Assembly (NCBI GenBank): GCA_023213395.1
Contig: CM041465.1
Span: forward strand, 118,861,741-118,925,740
Length of the DNA: 64,000 nt
Origin: Cycas panzhihuaensis
Taxonomy: Eukaryota > Plantae > Cycadophyta
Direction of reading: 5' to 3'
Part shown: piece by piece, positions 1 through 14,010 of the stretch
How positions within the stretch are numbered: the first letter of the stretch is position 1
How the letters are laid out: every line of letters begins with the position of its first letter
Notes under the pieces: generated by a model
Told to the model about the DNA's origin: nothing
Database searches by the model: none
Seen by the model: the letters and a program-made list of their open reading frames with translations, nothing else
Position numbers and translations under genes: made by a program

Positions 1-2300
1 AGGTTATTTAGAATAAAACTCCTAAAGAAGCCTAGACTAGTAAGAAACCCATTATCTCCAATTTTCAATTATTTGGATGTATAACTTATGTTTGCATTCC
101 TAATCCAAAAAGGTATAAGTCGGATGATAAAATCCTAAAGTGCATGTTTATTAGATATTGTAAAATAACCAATGCATATAGGCTCTAGAATCTAGTTGAA
201 AAGAAGTTTGTAATTAATAAATATATCATCTTTGTCAAATTAAAACCTATTTAAAATAATACCTTCAAAGATAAAAGTGAAGTTACAGAAGATATTCTTG
301 CTTTAAAACTATAAAAGAGGAACCTCAATCCTCTTATTTTCTTCCTTCTTTTGAAATGAAGTTACCAAAATGGTATCTAAAAACTATAAAGGACTCTTAT
401 GTAGAAGTCTTAGATGTTGATGAAGGTATTAAGATAAGAAGCAAAGTAAATTTTTCTCTAATGTCTAATATATTAAGCACTAAAGAGCCTTAGTTGTGCT
501 GATAGGCACCCTTAGATGACTTCAGTGAGGGAGGCGAGTGGCCTCCACTCAGGGGCAAAGTTTACTCCTATTTAGAAAATTAAAGAAATTAAATTAACCA
601 AAAAAAAAAATAACATGGTAATGGGAATGGTAATGGCAGAATGGACAGATGCATGACTTGGACAAATAGATAGGGATGAACAACAATATAGAAGAATACA
701 AAAATGAATACAACCCCTCTAAATCCATCATCCTTGAAGAAGAAGAGCATGTTGTAGAGAAAACTCCATAAGAAAAATCCACAAAGTTACTTCCAATTTA
801 TCATCTTCTCAAGTTTTACTGTTAAACTGGCATTTACAGTATGAAGTGAAGGGTGCCTATCGGCGCTCACAGATTGATGAGTCTACAATAGTTATATAAT
901 GAAGCTAAAGATTATATTTATTGGCAAAATGCTATGAGAGATGAGTATAACTCTATCCTTAAAAATAAGACTTGGAATCTTATTAAACTTCTTAATAATA
1001 AAATGATTATTAGTTACAAATGGATTTATATGGTGAAGTATCTATTTGATGGTGATACTGACAAGTATAAATCTTGGCTTATTACCAAAGATTATAAACA
1101 AACTACAAGAGTTAATTTTAAAAAAACATATGCTCCTATAGAAAAGATGACAACCATCTAAATGTTAATTTATCTTACATCATGTTTTGGTTAGGAGTTA
1201 CACTAGATGGAGGTCAAGACTACTTTTCTTAATAGCATTCTTTATGAAGAAGTATACATAGATTAGATTGAAGGCTTTACATAAGTCATAAAAGAGTAAC
1301 TTGTCTACAAATTAAAGAAAGTTCTTTATTGGATTTAATAGACACAAAGAGTATGGTATTCATGCATTGATGATTGTTTATTATCATTTGGACTTATAAG
1401 ATATGAACATGATCATAATTTATATGTGGATATTAAGAATGATAAAATACTCATAGTCTTTCTTTATGTTGATGACCTTATTATCATAGTAAGTGATATG
1501 TTGAATATTAAAACTATAGAAAAATAAATTAGCAAAATGTTTGAGTTGATAGATCTTAGTCTTTTGCATTATTATTTTGGTCTAGAAATTTGATAGAAAG
1601 ATGATGACATCTTTGTGTCACAATCAAAGTATGCTCATAGTTTACTGAGTTATTTTTATTTCGAAGAATCCAAGATAAAAGCAAACCCTTTTGAAGCTGG
1701 TCTCAAACTATCCAAATAATATGGAAATAAGATTGTTAATGCAACACTATATAGGCAATAGCGAAGTAGTCTTATCTACCTAACTACCACAAGAATCAAG
1801 CTTGGAATTATGTTTTAAAAATCTAATAAGTTTAAGCTACATGGTTTTACTAACTCTAATTAGGTTAGAGATGTAGATGATAGAAGATCTATATCAAGGT
1901 ATGCATTCACTCTTAATTATAATATAGTTTCATGGTGCAGTGAGAAATAAGCCACTATTTCTCTATCATCAATTAAAATTAAATATAAAATAGTCATTTG
2001 ATCTATGTTAGAAGTAATTTAGCTTAGGAGACTTTTTGGCCATTTTGGACTCAAGCAGACTGATCTTACACCATTATTTTGTAATAATTAGAGCATAATT
2101 TAACTATCTAAAAATCTTGTTTTCTATAAAAGAATAAAGCACATTAAAATTCATTATCATCTTATTTGAGAATAAGTGCAAAGTGAAATAGTAGAATTGA
2201 TTTATTATCCAACTAAAAATTAAGTTACTGATATTCTCACTAAGGCTTTAAGCCATGAGGAATTTCAAAGGTTTAGAAAGCTTCTTTTTGTAAGAGATAA
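1..2300 (+). pseudogene. copia pol remnant (integrase C-terminus, RT, RNase H) of element A
   Basis: Copia motifs are recognisable despite many stops and frameshifts. There is an insert at ~495-871 and a short deletion near 1795. Confidence 0.85.
495..871. mobile_element. ~375-bp insert bounded by 18-bp inverted repeats (MITE-like or solo-LTR-like)
   Basis: GTGCTGATAGGCACCCTT (496-513) and AAGGGTGCCTATCGGCGC (849-866) are inverted repeats differing by 2 CpG transitions. The insert interrupts the copia INT-RT linker. No clear TSD. Confidence 0.55.
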
Positions 2301-3374
2301 TGAATTATGGGGGGCTCTTAAAAAGGGTTATTAATTTAACATTATATAATTCCTTATCATAAGCTATTATAACTTATATTCTATTTCTTGATTCTTTACA
2401 CACCCTTATTAAAGTCAATAGGTGGTGATGTCATGACATGGTGTGTGATTAAGATGCATGTTGAGTTATACAAACTGATTTAAAGTAAGATTATTCTTGT
2501 GAATCTTGGTGTTCACTTTTTTGTATTGTTTTCTCTTTATACTCCTTGTTCTCTTATAATAGTAATATACATTAAAGCCAAAACTCAAACTTCATAAATT
2601 CAAAACTAGAAAATTAGTATTAAAGCACTTTTATCAATCTTAGCATTAACATCTACTGATGTTAATCTATTTTCTTAAACAATTCTTTTAATATTAAATA
2701 TTATTAAGGATTTAATAAGATAACTCATAATACAAGTAAGATTTAGTTTATCTTCTTAAACTACTTGATCTTAAGATGTTCCCTCATGCAATCCTATGGC
2801 ATCAAACATCATGGGAGAATACACACTTAATCAAGGTTAGAATCCTCTTATAGAAAGAGATCTCTTGGTTATGTGTCACAACCCCCTCACACTTGCCAAT
2901 TTCATTTATCACAATACCAAGTTAGCCCACATAAATATTTAGAGCCTCTTATTTAAGGTATCTTGTAATGTAAAATCATTAATTTCATTAATAAATATAT
3001 TCCATACTCACATGGATACACCAACCCTTAGTATACTCTTTAAGGAATGAAGGGTCAGTTCAATGATCAGTGTTAGACTCTTTGCAAGATAAAGTTTCAA
3101 GGCCATATATAACTATAACAATAATAACCCACTCATAATAATAACAAAAAGAGACAAATATGAAATAATAACCATGATTCTTCTAGTATACTTCCTAAAA
3201 CTAGGTCTACTTCTATATCTTTTAAAGAAGTAAACCATTTGCCTAACATTGAGTAAATTATTCCTCTTAAGGAAGACCTTCCTTACACTAGGAAAGGAAA
3301 ATAATTAATTACTTAAGATTTCCATGCATAACCCCCTTTATAATGAGGGTTAAGTTATGGCACATACTTCATAA

Positions 3375-4033
3375 TGTTGAGAAAATTAGGTCCCAATAAT
3401 TAGAAACTGCCACTAAGATCTAAATTATTTTGCAACTAGTTATAGGAATCAAAACTAAAATTTAATATAAAAGTTCTTAAATTAGAGATAATATAATAAA
3501 TGAATTAGAAAGATAAAGCATCACATATACACCCAATATAACATGGTAAAGCCATGGTAGTGTACTAAGGAAATATCAATACAGTAAAGGTATCAATCTT
3601 TATTATCCAAGAATGGAAAAATGTACATAATCTACAGTAGAATGCTCACAACAACAATAACTAATTGCCAAACTTCTTATAGTATATCTAATATATTGAA
3701 TACCATCAACATAATAAAAAAAACCCTAAATTAGACTACATGAGAGAGTCATATAAGACACAAATCTTGACTATTAAATCTGTGGTATTTTAAATAAATG
3801 ACCCTGATTCTCTTTACAATTTATTATGATTTTTAGTATTAGCATTTTGGATCAGAGGCTATTGCCTTAAACCCCCTCTTTGTGGGGGAGGCAGGGTTCT
3901 AGCACCCCCCACACCCCATGATCAAGAGGGGCTCATGCTCCCACTGGATCCCCCTATAGAAGTTTAGAGGGAAAACTATGATGCTAACTTGTTAAAATTT
4001 TAGCCTAACAAATTTTAGTCATATTATCTAATA
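3375..4033 (-). repeat. 3' LTR of B1
   Basis: TGTTGAGAAAATTAGGTCCC...ATTATCTAATA; aligns with 8081-8738 and 37431-38092. Confidence 0.92.
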
Positions 4034-4081
4034 ATCTCTACCTTAACAACAATTTATTTAATACCTTTCTTGGACCATTCA

Positions 4082-7000
4082 TCACATTTTTTTCAAATGA
4101 AGAAAAGTCAAATACCATTTGAACTTCTCTAATAGTACTAGTTTTGTGAACATATCAATATAATTCTATTTTATGTTAATCTTCTCAAATATCACTCCAC
4201 CTACTCCCATAACCTATCTAATGAAATGGTACTTGCGAGTAATATGCTTTGTCCTACTATGATAAGTTAGATTCTTTGCTAAGTAAATGGAACTTTGACT
4301 GTCATAAAATATGTTTATCTTTTCTTCATTCCTTCCAAGCTCAACTGACTGATCCTGTAACCATATTGCTTCTTTACAAGCATGTATTATAGTAATATAT
4401 TTTGCTTTTGTAGTTGATAATGTAATTGTGCTCTGTAATTTTGACATCCGACTAATTGGACCATTTGCAATACCAAATATTTAACCTAAAGTAAACCTTC
4501 TCTTATCTAAATCTCCTACAAAGTCTGAATCAACATATCCATAAATTTGATTACCTATACCTCCAAAGTTGATGTAATAGTCACTTGGGCCACTCAAATA
4601 CTAAAACACTCATTTCACTATTGCCTATTGTTCGTTTCCTGAATTTTCCATAAACCTACTAACTACACCTATTGCAAGTGAAATGTCAAGTCTTATATAT
4701 ACCATGGCATATATCAAACTTCCTACTGCATTAGCATAAGGAACACAAGATATATAATCCTTTTCTTCTTCATTATTAGGACTCATACTTAAAGAAAGCT
4801 TGAAATGGGAAGCTAATGAGATACTCATTGGTTTCACATTTCCTATACCAAATTTGGTTAGCACCTTTTCCATATATTTCTACTATGATAACCATAGCTT
4901 ACCATTTTTCTTGTCTCTATGTATCTCCATACCTAAGATTTATTTTGCAGCTCCTAGATCCTTCATATCAAAAGTCCTAGCCAATTGAGCTTTTAACTTA
5001 TTGATTTCTACCATGCTCTTACTTACAACCAATATGTTATTAACATACAATACCAAAATAATGAATAAGCTATTGTGCAAGAATTTAAAGTAAACATAAT
5101 GATCATACTCACTTCTTTTAAAAAATTGGCTCTTCATGAAGGCATCAAACTTTTTGTACCATTGTCTGGGTGATTGCTTCAAGCTATATAATGATTTCTT
5201 AAGTTTTTAAATAAGTCTTATCTTATCATCTTGTACAAACCCTTTTGGCTAATCCATATAGATCTCCTCATCTAAATCTCCATGTAGAAAAGTTATTTTT
5301 ACATCTAACTACTCCAACTTTAAATCAAGAGAATCTACTAATACTAATAGAACTTGAACTAAAATAATTTTGACAACTGGTGAAAAGATCTCATGAAAGT
5401 AAATACTTGTTTTCTATGCAAAACCTTTAGCTAGTAGTCTTGCCCTATATTTTTCAACCTTTCCATCAACATTTGTTTTCTTCTTGAAAATCCACCTGTA
5501 ACCAACAGTCTTCCTACAATATGGAAGTTCTACCAAGTCTCAAGAATTATTTTTCTTTGAAGTATCTATCTCTTCCTACATAGCCCTCTTCTACTTCTCA
5601 CTATAGATATCATCTACTGCTTCTTGATAGCACATAGGCTCACCATTATTAGAAACTAAAGCAATAGAAATAGAAGGGTTATACCTATCAGGTAGATGAT
5701 TGACTCATATAGATCTTATAATAGTTGGTGGAGGAGTGTCTACATACTCTTGTAAATCTACTACAGATTCATCTTCAAAAAAGTCTTCCTACTCTTCTGT
5801 TTCCAAAGATGGTTGGGTCTTAAGCTTGATCTGTTAATGTTTAACTTTCTGCTCCTATTTTACTTTAACTTCTATACTATCTAATTTTAGAAAAGGAGAT
5901 TCATCAAACACAACATCTTTATTAATAGTGATTTTATAAGTAGTAGGATCCCACAACATGTATCCCTTCACACCATCTCCATCACCATAACCAATAAAGA
6001 TATGTCTCTTGAATTTTAGGTCTAACTTTAAACATTGACTTTTATTAGTTAAGGTATAAGCATCATAACTAAAAACTTTTAAATTTAAATAGTCACATGG
6101 ATGTCCAGTCCATACCTCTTCAAGAATCTTACAGTCTATTATAAGTGATGGTGACCTATTTACCAAATAATAGGATGTCTAAATAGCTTCCACCTATAAG
6201 CCCTACTCCACTCTTGTATTACTTAACATGCTTCTTACTCTTTCCAAGAGTGTTTTGTTCATGTACTTAGCTATGCCATTTTATTGTGAAGTATAGTTAG
6301 TGGTCTTATTCCTTTTGATCCTAACTTGTCTGCAATAGTTCTTAAACTCCAAGGAGTTGAACTCATCTCCATTATTGATTCTTAAATATTTGATTGACCT
6401 ACTAATGTTCTTTTCAACTAGAACCTTAAACTACTTAAACATACTAAAAACTTCAAAATTCCCTTTTAAAAAATAGACCTATACCTTTCTGGAGTAATCA
6501 TCTATAAATGTGATAAAGTATAATGATCCTCCATAAGTTATTATAGGAGCTAGTCCCTATACATCCAAATGTATGTAATCCAAAACACCTTTATTAGTGT
6601 GACTCTCTACTTTAAACTTGGATCTATACTGCTTTCTAAAAATATAGTGATTACCAAAAACTAAATCTAAAAGTTATAAGTGAGGAAGTAATTTACAGTT
6701 CATCACCACTTTAAGTTCTCTCTTATTCATATACCCAAGTCTTTGATGCCATAACTAAGCTAGATCTTCTATAGGCTTTGATGTTATAGTTGCATGGCTC
6801 ACATCTATACTTCCCACTAAAATGTAAAGATTTCTTTTCTTTAAAGATTTCATAACAACCAAGGTGCCTTTTGATACTTTCAAGACTCCTTCATGACCTT
6901 TATACTTATAACCATAAAACTCTAGTTCACCTAAGGAAATTAGATTCTTTTTTAGATCAGGTACATGTGTAACTTTAGTTAATGTTCTCACTACACCATC

Positions 7001-8008
7001 AAATATTTTAATTATGATGCTACCAATACCTATTATCTTACAGGAAACTTCATTTTCCATAAGCACATCACCACCATCAAGAGGTTAGTATAATGAAAAC
7101 TAACTCTTATGTGGACACATATGGTGTGAAGTACTCGAATCTAATAACTAGTCATGATGATAATGGGAAATATTACAAACAACCAAGACAACATCATTTG
7201 TACCTTGATTCAACTCCACCTGATTAGCTTCCTTGATAAGATCTTCCTTTTTTTGGAACTTCTTCCTTTTATAATAATCCTTATTGAGGTGACCTATCTT
7301 ATTACAGTGCTAACATCTGAGCTTACTCTTCTTGCCTTTTGACTTTGACCTTGATGTATCCCTGGAGCTTTTTCCTCTCTCAATCATTTTTACCCTTACT
7401 ATCATAGCTTCTAATATAAAGGTTTTAAAATTAGACTTCCTTCTCACTTATTATATCAGCAAAGCACTCACAACAAAATCATAGTCTAATTCATCTGTAA
7501 TGCTAAAACTAATTAGGGTGATAATATTATCCTAGGATTCTGGTAATAAACATAACAAGGTAACAACCTTGTTCTTATCCTCAATTATAATATCAATACT
7601 AGCTAACTAACAAATATGAGTATTGAAAATATTTAAATGATCAATAATTTTTGTACCTTCCTTCATCTATAATAAGTACAACTACCTCTTTAAGTAGATT
7701 CAATTCGTCACTAATTTGGTCATATACAAGCCTTCCAACTGGGTCCATAATCCTATTGTTATCTGCTTCCCTGTGATGTTAAATAGAACTTCATCCACCA
7801 AGCACAATTGTATTGTGCTAAGAGCCTTTTCATCTAGATCATCGCATTTGTCATTATCCATCCCTATGAGTTTCTTCGATTTTCCTATAAGAGCTCTGTA
7901 TAAACCTTGTTGTACTAGAACATCATATGATTTTAGCTTCCACAACTTGAAGCTATTCTTGCTATTGAATTTTTCTACCTTAAATTTTACATTTGCTAGT
8001 TTCACCAT
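4082..8008 (-). pseudogene. gag-pol of B1 (degenerate)
   Basis: ORF fragments: 7700-8008 gag (KFKVEKFNSKNSFKLWK), 6755-7066 protease/linker, 5855-6166 integrase C-terminus, 4940-5182 and 4625-4873 RT, 4214-4447 RNase H. Confidence 0.92.
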
Positions 8009-8080
8009 TTGGTGTAGGAATAGTTGATACCAAAGCCTTCACAAACTCGCTGCAAAAATAAAAGTGACTTTGATACCACT

Positions 8081-8738
8081 TGTTAAGAAAACTAGGTCCC
8101 AATAACTAGAAACCACCACTAAGATCTAAACTATTTTATAACTAGTTATAGGAATTAAAACTAAAATTTAATATGCAAGTTCTTAAAATGGAGATAACAC
8201 AACAAATGAATTAGAAATCCAAAGCATCATATATACACCCGATATAACATGGTAAAACCCTAGCAGTGTGATAGAGAATCATCCACACAGGAAAGGTATC
8301 ATCTTTATTATCTGAGAATGGAGAAATGTATATAATCTACAGTAGAATACTCACAACAATAACTAGTTATCCAACTCCTCATAATACATCCAATATAATG
8401 AATATCATCAACTTAATAAAAAAACACCCTAAATCTAGCTATATGAGAGAGTCATACAAGGCAAAAATCTCGACCATTAAATCTAGGGTATTTTAAACAA
8501 ACAACCCTAATTCTCTTTACAATTTAGTATGTTTTTCAATGTTAGCCTTTTGAGTCAAGAGCTATTGCCCCTAACCTTCTCTTTATGGGGGGGGTTCTGG
8601 CACCCCCTGCACCTCCCTGACAAGGGGGGCTCCTACACCCCTTGGATCCCCTCGTAAAAGTTTGGCGGGGGGGGGGAACTATATTGCCAACATGTTAAAA
8701 TTTTAGCCTCTAAGACATTGTTGTCATATTATCTAACA
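8081..8738 (-). repeat. 5' LTR of B1
   Basis: TGTTAAGAAAACTAGGTCCC...ATTATCTAACA, adjacent to the PBS. Confidence 0.92.
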
Positions 8739-8978
8739 CATAATGAGAATAAACTACAATATAATCTCTATAATAAGACTAAAATATGGCTCTAAAAATT
8801 TAACTAGTAAAGAGGAAAAACTATGGTAACTTATATATACTTATATAAGAGTATAAATTATCACATATACTTCTATATGAATGTAAATTATTGCATGCAT
8901 TCATATATTAGTTTAACATTTAATGATCTCACTACATATACCTAGAATATAAAATTTCCTAGAATACTAAGTCATATC

Positions 8979-8981
<3 letters not shown>

Positions 8982-9015
<34 letters not shown>
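8982..9015. repeat. (TA)n microsatellite
   Basis: About 17 TA units. Confidence 0.95.
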
Positions 9016-9017
<2 letters not shown>

Positions 9018-9270
9018 TACCATTAGCCAAAATTAGAAATTAATATCGTATTAGCAATCTTAATATTTCTATGATTTGGTCTAAAAAGATAATACTTTGG
9101 TCATGTTAGATTTTATGTTTTGTTAAATATTCATGTAATAGGGTAAAAATCCTTGAATTGATTAATTTCTTCTCACTTGTACTTAAAGGTAACTCTTATA
9201 TCCTAAGCCTCTTACATTGGACTAGGTGAGATTATCATATTATATATGGATTTAGTAGTGGTTTGGTTTA

Positions 9271-9664
9271 TGGCATGTGACTTTCCCATTTTTACTCATA
9301 TGTAGAAATGACAATAGAAAATAAATAGGAAATACAACACTTGTATTAATACTAGGAACCAATTATAGAAGTGATATACATCAAAGAGCACTAGATGGAC
9401 ATAAAAGTAAATTAAAGAATATTGAAATACTAATCTTATAAGAGAAGATAATTATAAAACACCATATTCTACAATGTATGGCCCTTAAATGGACAAAAGA
9501 GAGCATTTCTCTTATAATCCTATTAGTGGACCAAATGACTTTACATTTCATTAATGGATTTAATGGCTTATATACAAAAATTAATAACTAGCACTTAACC
9601 TCCTAGTGCCTTAACCATAAGTGCTAGCATCCTAATTCCACTAACTATATATGGTCATGTAATA
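9271..9664 (-). repeat. 3' LTR of E
   Basis: Aligns along its length with 25056-25455 (e.g. TAGGAAATACAAC, CAAAAGAGAGC, CACTTAACCTC, ATGGTCAT). Confidence 0.85.
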
Positions 9665-9699
9665 GGTCCCCTCTCCTAAGATGTTGAGTCTCTAAAGTA

Positions 9700-12600
9700 A
9701 AGGAGATGTTTATGTTGCTTGATAAAATCCATAGATTTCCAAGTCACCTAAAATGGCTTAAAGTTAACCCATTGTACAAAATACTCAAAAAATAAATTAT
9801 TTTAGAGACAATATTATCTACTAGATAAGATGTATTTTAGGGGATTAGTGAGTGTTTATTTTTCATCCTAGATTGGTAGGATTATTTATAGAGTTATGCC
9901 CTTGCTAAGATATTTCTTGAGATAGGAAACATGGAAGATATTATGAATATTAGTATTAGGTGGGAGTTCTAAAGCATAGGCCACTTCACCAATACATTAG
10001 AGGACTTTATGAGGACCATAGCAGGGGGGACTAAGCCTGTGATTCTTATGATATTTAAGAGAGATATTCTTATATGGTTGAAAGCATAGGAAAGTAAGAT
10101 CATTAATGGAAAAAGATTGATCTGAACAATGGTAGTTTGTTAATTATTTCATTCAATTATAGACTATGGCTAAATTTTACTTACATGTGTTTAAAGTTTG
10201 GTCTACGTATTGTAGTTTTTATTGTATTATCATGATGTAAAGGTTATTATCTAGTGTATAGGTGACCATAAAGGACATTAACAAAGACATCCTTATAGTT
10301 GAGTAGTGAGAGGAATTATACTAGTATTTTGTAAGGGTTACCAATGATGACAATCTTATTTGGTGTTTAGATGCATAACAACATAATTAAGTCTCCAAGA
10401 CTTTATTAATAACTTATAATTTGCCATTTGTTTGGAGATAATAAGTAGAAATCATGCTAAATGACATGCTTAAGGCTTGAAAGAGATCTTACTAAAATAA
10501 ACTGGTAATCTTTGGATCTTGATCACACATGATGGTTGATGAAAAGTTGTATAAATGGAATATTATTTAGAGGTATAGATTTATGACATATAATAGTTTA
10601 TATGAAGTGTAGACTGGCAAATAGTGTATGTAATTTATTAAGTAGTTAATGACTACTAATATGGAGTTATACCTAATAGATAAAGGTAAAGTTATAATAA
10701 AGTCCATGGCAATATCTTTCCATTTTCCTTACAAAATGTGGAGTGGTTGTAAGAGACCTAATCGAACTTTAATATCAACTTTATTACACTGGAACATGTC
10801 ACATTCCAAAATAAATGTTAGAATGGATGATTTCATGTGTATCTAGAAGAAGTTAGAAGAAATCTATTAATAAGTTTTATCAAAATTAGAATGGCCTCCA
10901 AATAGAGTAGAGTGGTACTCTAATAATATTGAGGAATAAAGTTAGAGGCTATGGAAAAATATATGATTTCTATAGAAAAGGATATTATTTTATATGGACA
11001 AATTCTTTTGAATATGAATTTGTTAGTCCATTTGGTATAATTTAGCTAGAACTAGTTTTTCTAAGTTAGAGCTTATATCCATGTAGGATGGGGTGAGTAT
11101 ATGGCATAAATGGAGGATTCCTATAAAGAAATGAGGGAAAGGTTAGTTAGAAGGCTAAGAAGAGCATCTTGCACTACATTCTCTTAGCCTTTGGCATGTT
11201 CCTCTAATAGAACTAATTCATCTAATAGGTAATGAAGGCTATGGTGATTGATTATGATTGTAAATTTTGATCCAATGAGATATTAATGCTATTTTTTAAT
11301 GGAATACATAATGGCATTCATTTTTCTTAGTAGGTTGACAACCCAATTTTATGGTATTTATGCTTTCAACTTTTAAATATAATTAGTTTTGTTTAAGTAT
11401 TATACCTAAGTTAAACTTGATATATCACACTCTAGTTAGAATGGCTAAGAGAAGCCTTGTGTGGCCAAAACTAGAGTGGAGGGCATGACTTCTTTATGAT
11501 AATTAAAGGCATCATTAGTAGTCAGTGACCATTGGAAAGAATCGTTTCAAAGTAAATTAGTTAATGAAGTTACTAAGCTTTCATAATTTTGGATGAACTT
11601 CTCATAGAATCTAGTAATCCCTAAGAAAGCATGTAATTAGGTAAGGCTTCTAGGAGTTGGCCAGTTTATAATGATTGATATTTTTTAAGGATTGACCTAA
11701 ACACCTTTTATAGATATAATGTACCCAAGGTATTATAGTTTAGACTAACCAAACTCATGTTTAAAGAGCTTGGTATATAATTAATATTTAGCCAAAATTC
11801 ATAGGATTATCTCTATATGGTGAGTGTGACTGACTATACCCATGTTATAAATGATAATATCGTTGAAGAAAATGATGATAAATTTCCTATGATATGAGGT
11901 AAACACCTTATTCATTGGAAATTAAAACAAGGCTAAAGTATTACACAAGCCAAAAGGCATGACATAAAATTTGAAATGGTCATGGTGTATTCAAAAAATA
12001 GTTTTATACTAGTCTTTAGTTGTAATGAGGATTTGATAGTATCCTAATTGGAGATATAGCCTAGTAAAAATTATGGCACCATAGATTTTATCTAATATGT
12101 TATTGATTCTTGGAGTGGGGAACTTACTTTTTATGGTTATTTTATTAAGTTTATAAAAAATTACACAAAGCCAAAAGGACCTATCTTTTTATTGAACTAA
12201 CATAATAAGGGTAACATATGGGCTCTTTCTAGGTTGAATTATCCCTATTTCCCTTAGTTCATTGGTAATTTTTTCTATTTTATTTATTTTTTTAAATATG
12301 AGTTTCAATAGGGCTAAAAACTAATAGGTTCATGGAGATTTTTTAGCTTAATGGTATGGTAACACCCATGATCTAATGGAGGTCCAATTAACAAGGGGGA
12401 AAATGACTTAATACTTATTAAGATTGTTGGATATCTAGATGAATGTCCATATGGGCTTAGATGTTGTTGATATGTACAATATAGATAACTTGTCTATTCA
12501 ATTATTTTCACATCTAATTTAGTAAAATTAGTTTGTAAGGAGAGGTTATATCCCATTGAGTTTATAGGTTTATCACATATAGTCTTTAAATAGAATGAAT

Positions 12601-14010
12601 ACATTGGTGGTGGAGTTATTAGTGCTACATGTTCCTAAAGTTTAGAGCCATTGAACTCTAATAATAATATCTAATCCACCAATGGAGAGGGCATAAAATT
12701 TAGAGACTAACCTATAGGTACTAATTTAGATGATAAGGTATTTTATTATCCTAGCACAATGAAGTGTATAATAACCTGGCAAGGAACATGCAAATCTAAT
12801 TTTTAGGATAATATAAAGATGTAACTACTTATTCAAAGAAATATCATTGAAGTTTAGTGACACACCACCACTAATCAAAATAGTAATGGGTGTTTTCTTA
12901 AGTATTTATCTACTATATAATATCTTGGGGCATGAAGTAGAGGCTAACTTAAATAAGAAGACTTCTAGTTATGTAATTGGAAAAGATTTTGAATAAGGTT
13001 CTTCATTAAATTCTTGTTTAGAATTAGAGTTATCTTCTAGGGATACACTAAGATCAATTGTGAATATTATTTTCTTAACTTTACAAACTCTACCATATCT
13101 AAGGGCATATTTTTTAGAGCATTGGATACATAGGTCAACTATCATATATCAATATGCCTCTGTTAATGGAACTTTAGTTGAGGGTTCTTCTAAAGAGTGC
13201 TCTATTACATGTCCTTATACATCAATTACTTAAGGTCATTGACATGAAACCTTAAGTTATTATAGTCATTGATGCCATATAGAATCTCATTAGAGAAAAG
13301 ATGCTCTTTTCGTTCCATAATTTACCTCAACTACTTTGGCCATTCTTATCGCATCGTTAGGCATATTTGGATGAACTCTTTCAAACCTATAATATAAGTA
13401 TTGACCCATGATTTCTTATCTAATATTTGGGTGATATGATTCTATAAGTTCTAGAATTCATTCATATAAGCTTAAACTAATGATACTTATTTTAATCTTA
13501 TAAGCAAATTGAAGAATGATTAATTCTAGGTTTCTTCATACTAATCTAAAAAATAAATAGAGAAGTGTGCTTAGGTCTTGATTATCAGATATTCCTATTA
13601 CCACTAACAAAACCAATGATTTGCTTGACCATATATACAAATAGAGGTAAATTTCAATTATTCATCCTTAGTCATTGGCTTAATAAAGAAGTAGGATTCA
13701 AATTTCCTGATCCAACTATATACGATATCCTTATTCAGATCTAGGTCAAAGGTAAGAATATTAATTTTGTAGTGGAGTTGCAACTAGCATGGAGAAGGGT
13801 TACTTATTTACTATGGTCAAGAAGTGTTTCTTATAGTTCAAGAGTTTGATTATGATACTTGCAATGTTATTTATTCCATTTGGTTCAGTATTGTAGTGAT
13901 GTTAAACTTAGATATAAGAGAAGATATATCAAATTTTACTTCTTTCTGAAATTTTGAGAACTAAGTTTCTAATATGAGAATAAGTTATACTCAATATGGA
14001 GGAGCCATCA
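9700..14010 (-). pseudogene. gypsy gag-pol of E with a C-terminal chromodomain
   Basis: Manual minus-strand translation: protease ITILISGGVSLNFND (~12870), RT GYYQILI / VMPFGLCN / IFFNDII (~11850-12060), RNase H G*ENVVQDAL (~11170), integrase WKDIAMDFI (~10710), chromodomain EYFVQWVNFKPF*VTW (~9740-9790). The gag start is approximate. Confidence 0.85.

Larger units (their letters stand above)
1..2570 (+). mobile_element. Ty1/copia LTR retrotransposon A, 5'-truncated by the window edge (integrase end, RT, RNase H, PPT, probable 3' LTR)
   Basis: ORF 934-1161 is the copia RT start (AMRDEYNSILKNKTWNL...YKWIY). LYVDDL lies at ~1462 and RNase H 'IKHIKIHYH...DILTKAL' at ~2130-2250. A purine tract ATGGGGGG (2307-2314) is followed by a probable LTR from 2316, whose right end is only approximate. 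Confidence 0.8.
3375..8738 (-). mobile_element. Full-length Ty1/copia element B1 (Tnt1/Tork-like)
   Basis: LTR pair 3375-4033 and 8081-8738. Perfect TSD CATAA (3370-3374 and 8739-8743). tRNA-iMet-type PBS (rc TGGTATCAAAGT) at 8067-8078, PPT at ~4034-4049, and gag-PR-INT-RT-RH order on the minus strand. Confidence 0.95.

Noticed and set aside
594-782. 62-aa minus-strand ORF inside the IR insert
   Set aside because: Low-complexity F/S/H-rich translation of the antisense of a purine-rich tract; no recognisable domain.
2575-3374. Unassigned sequence hosting B1 (continues at 8744-9270), possibly an old LTR fragment
   Set aside because: No termini, partner copy or coding motif is visible, so it cannot be classified.
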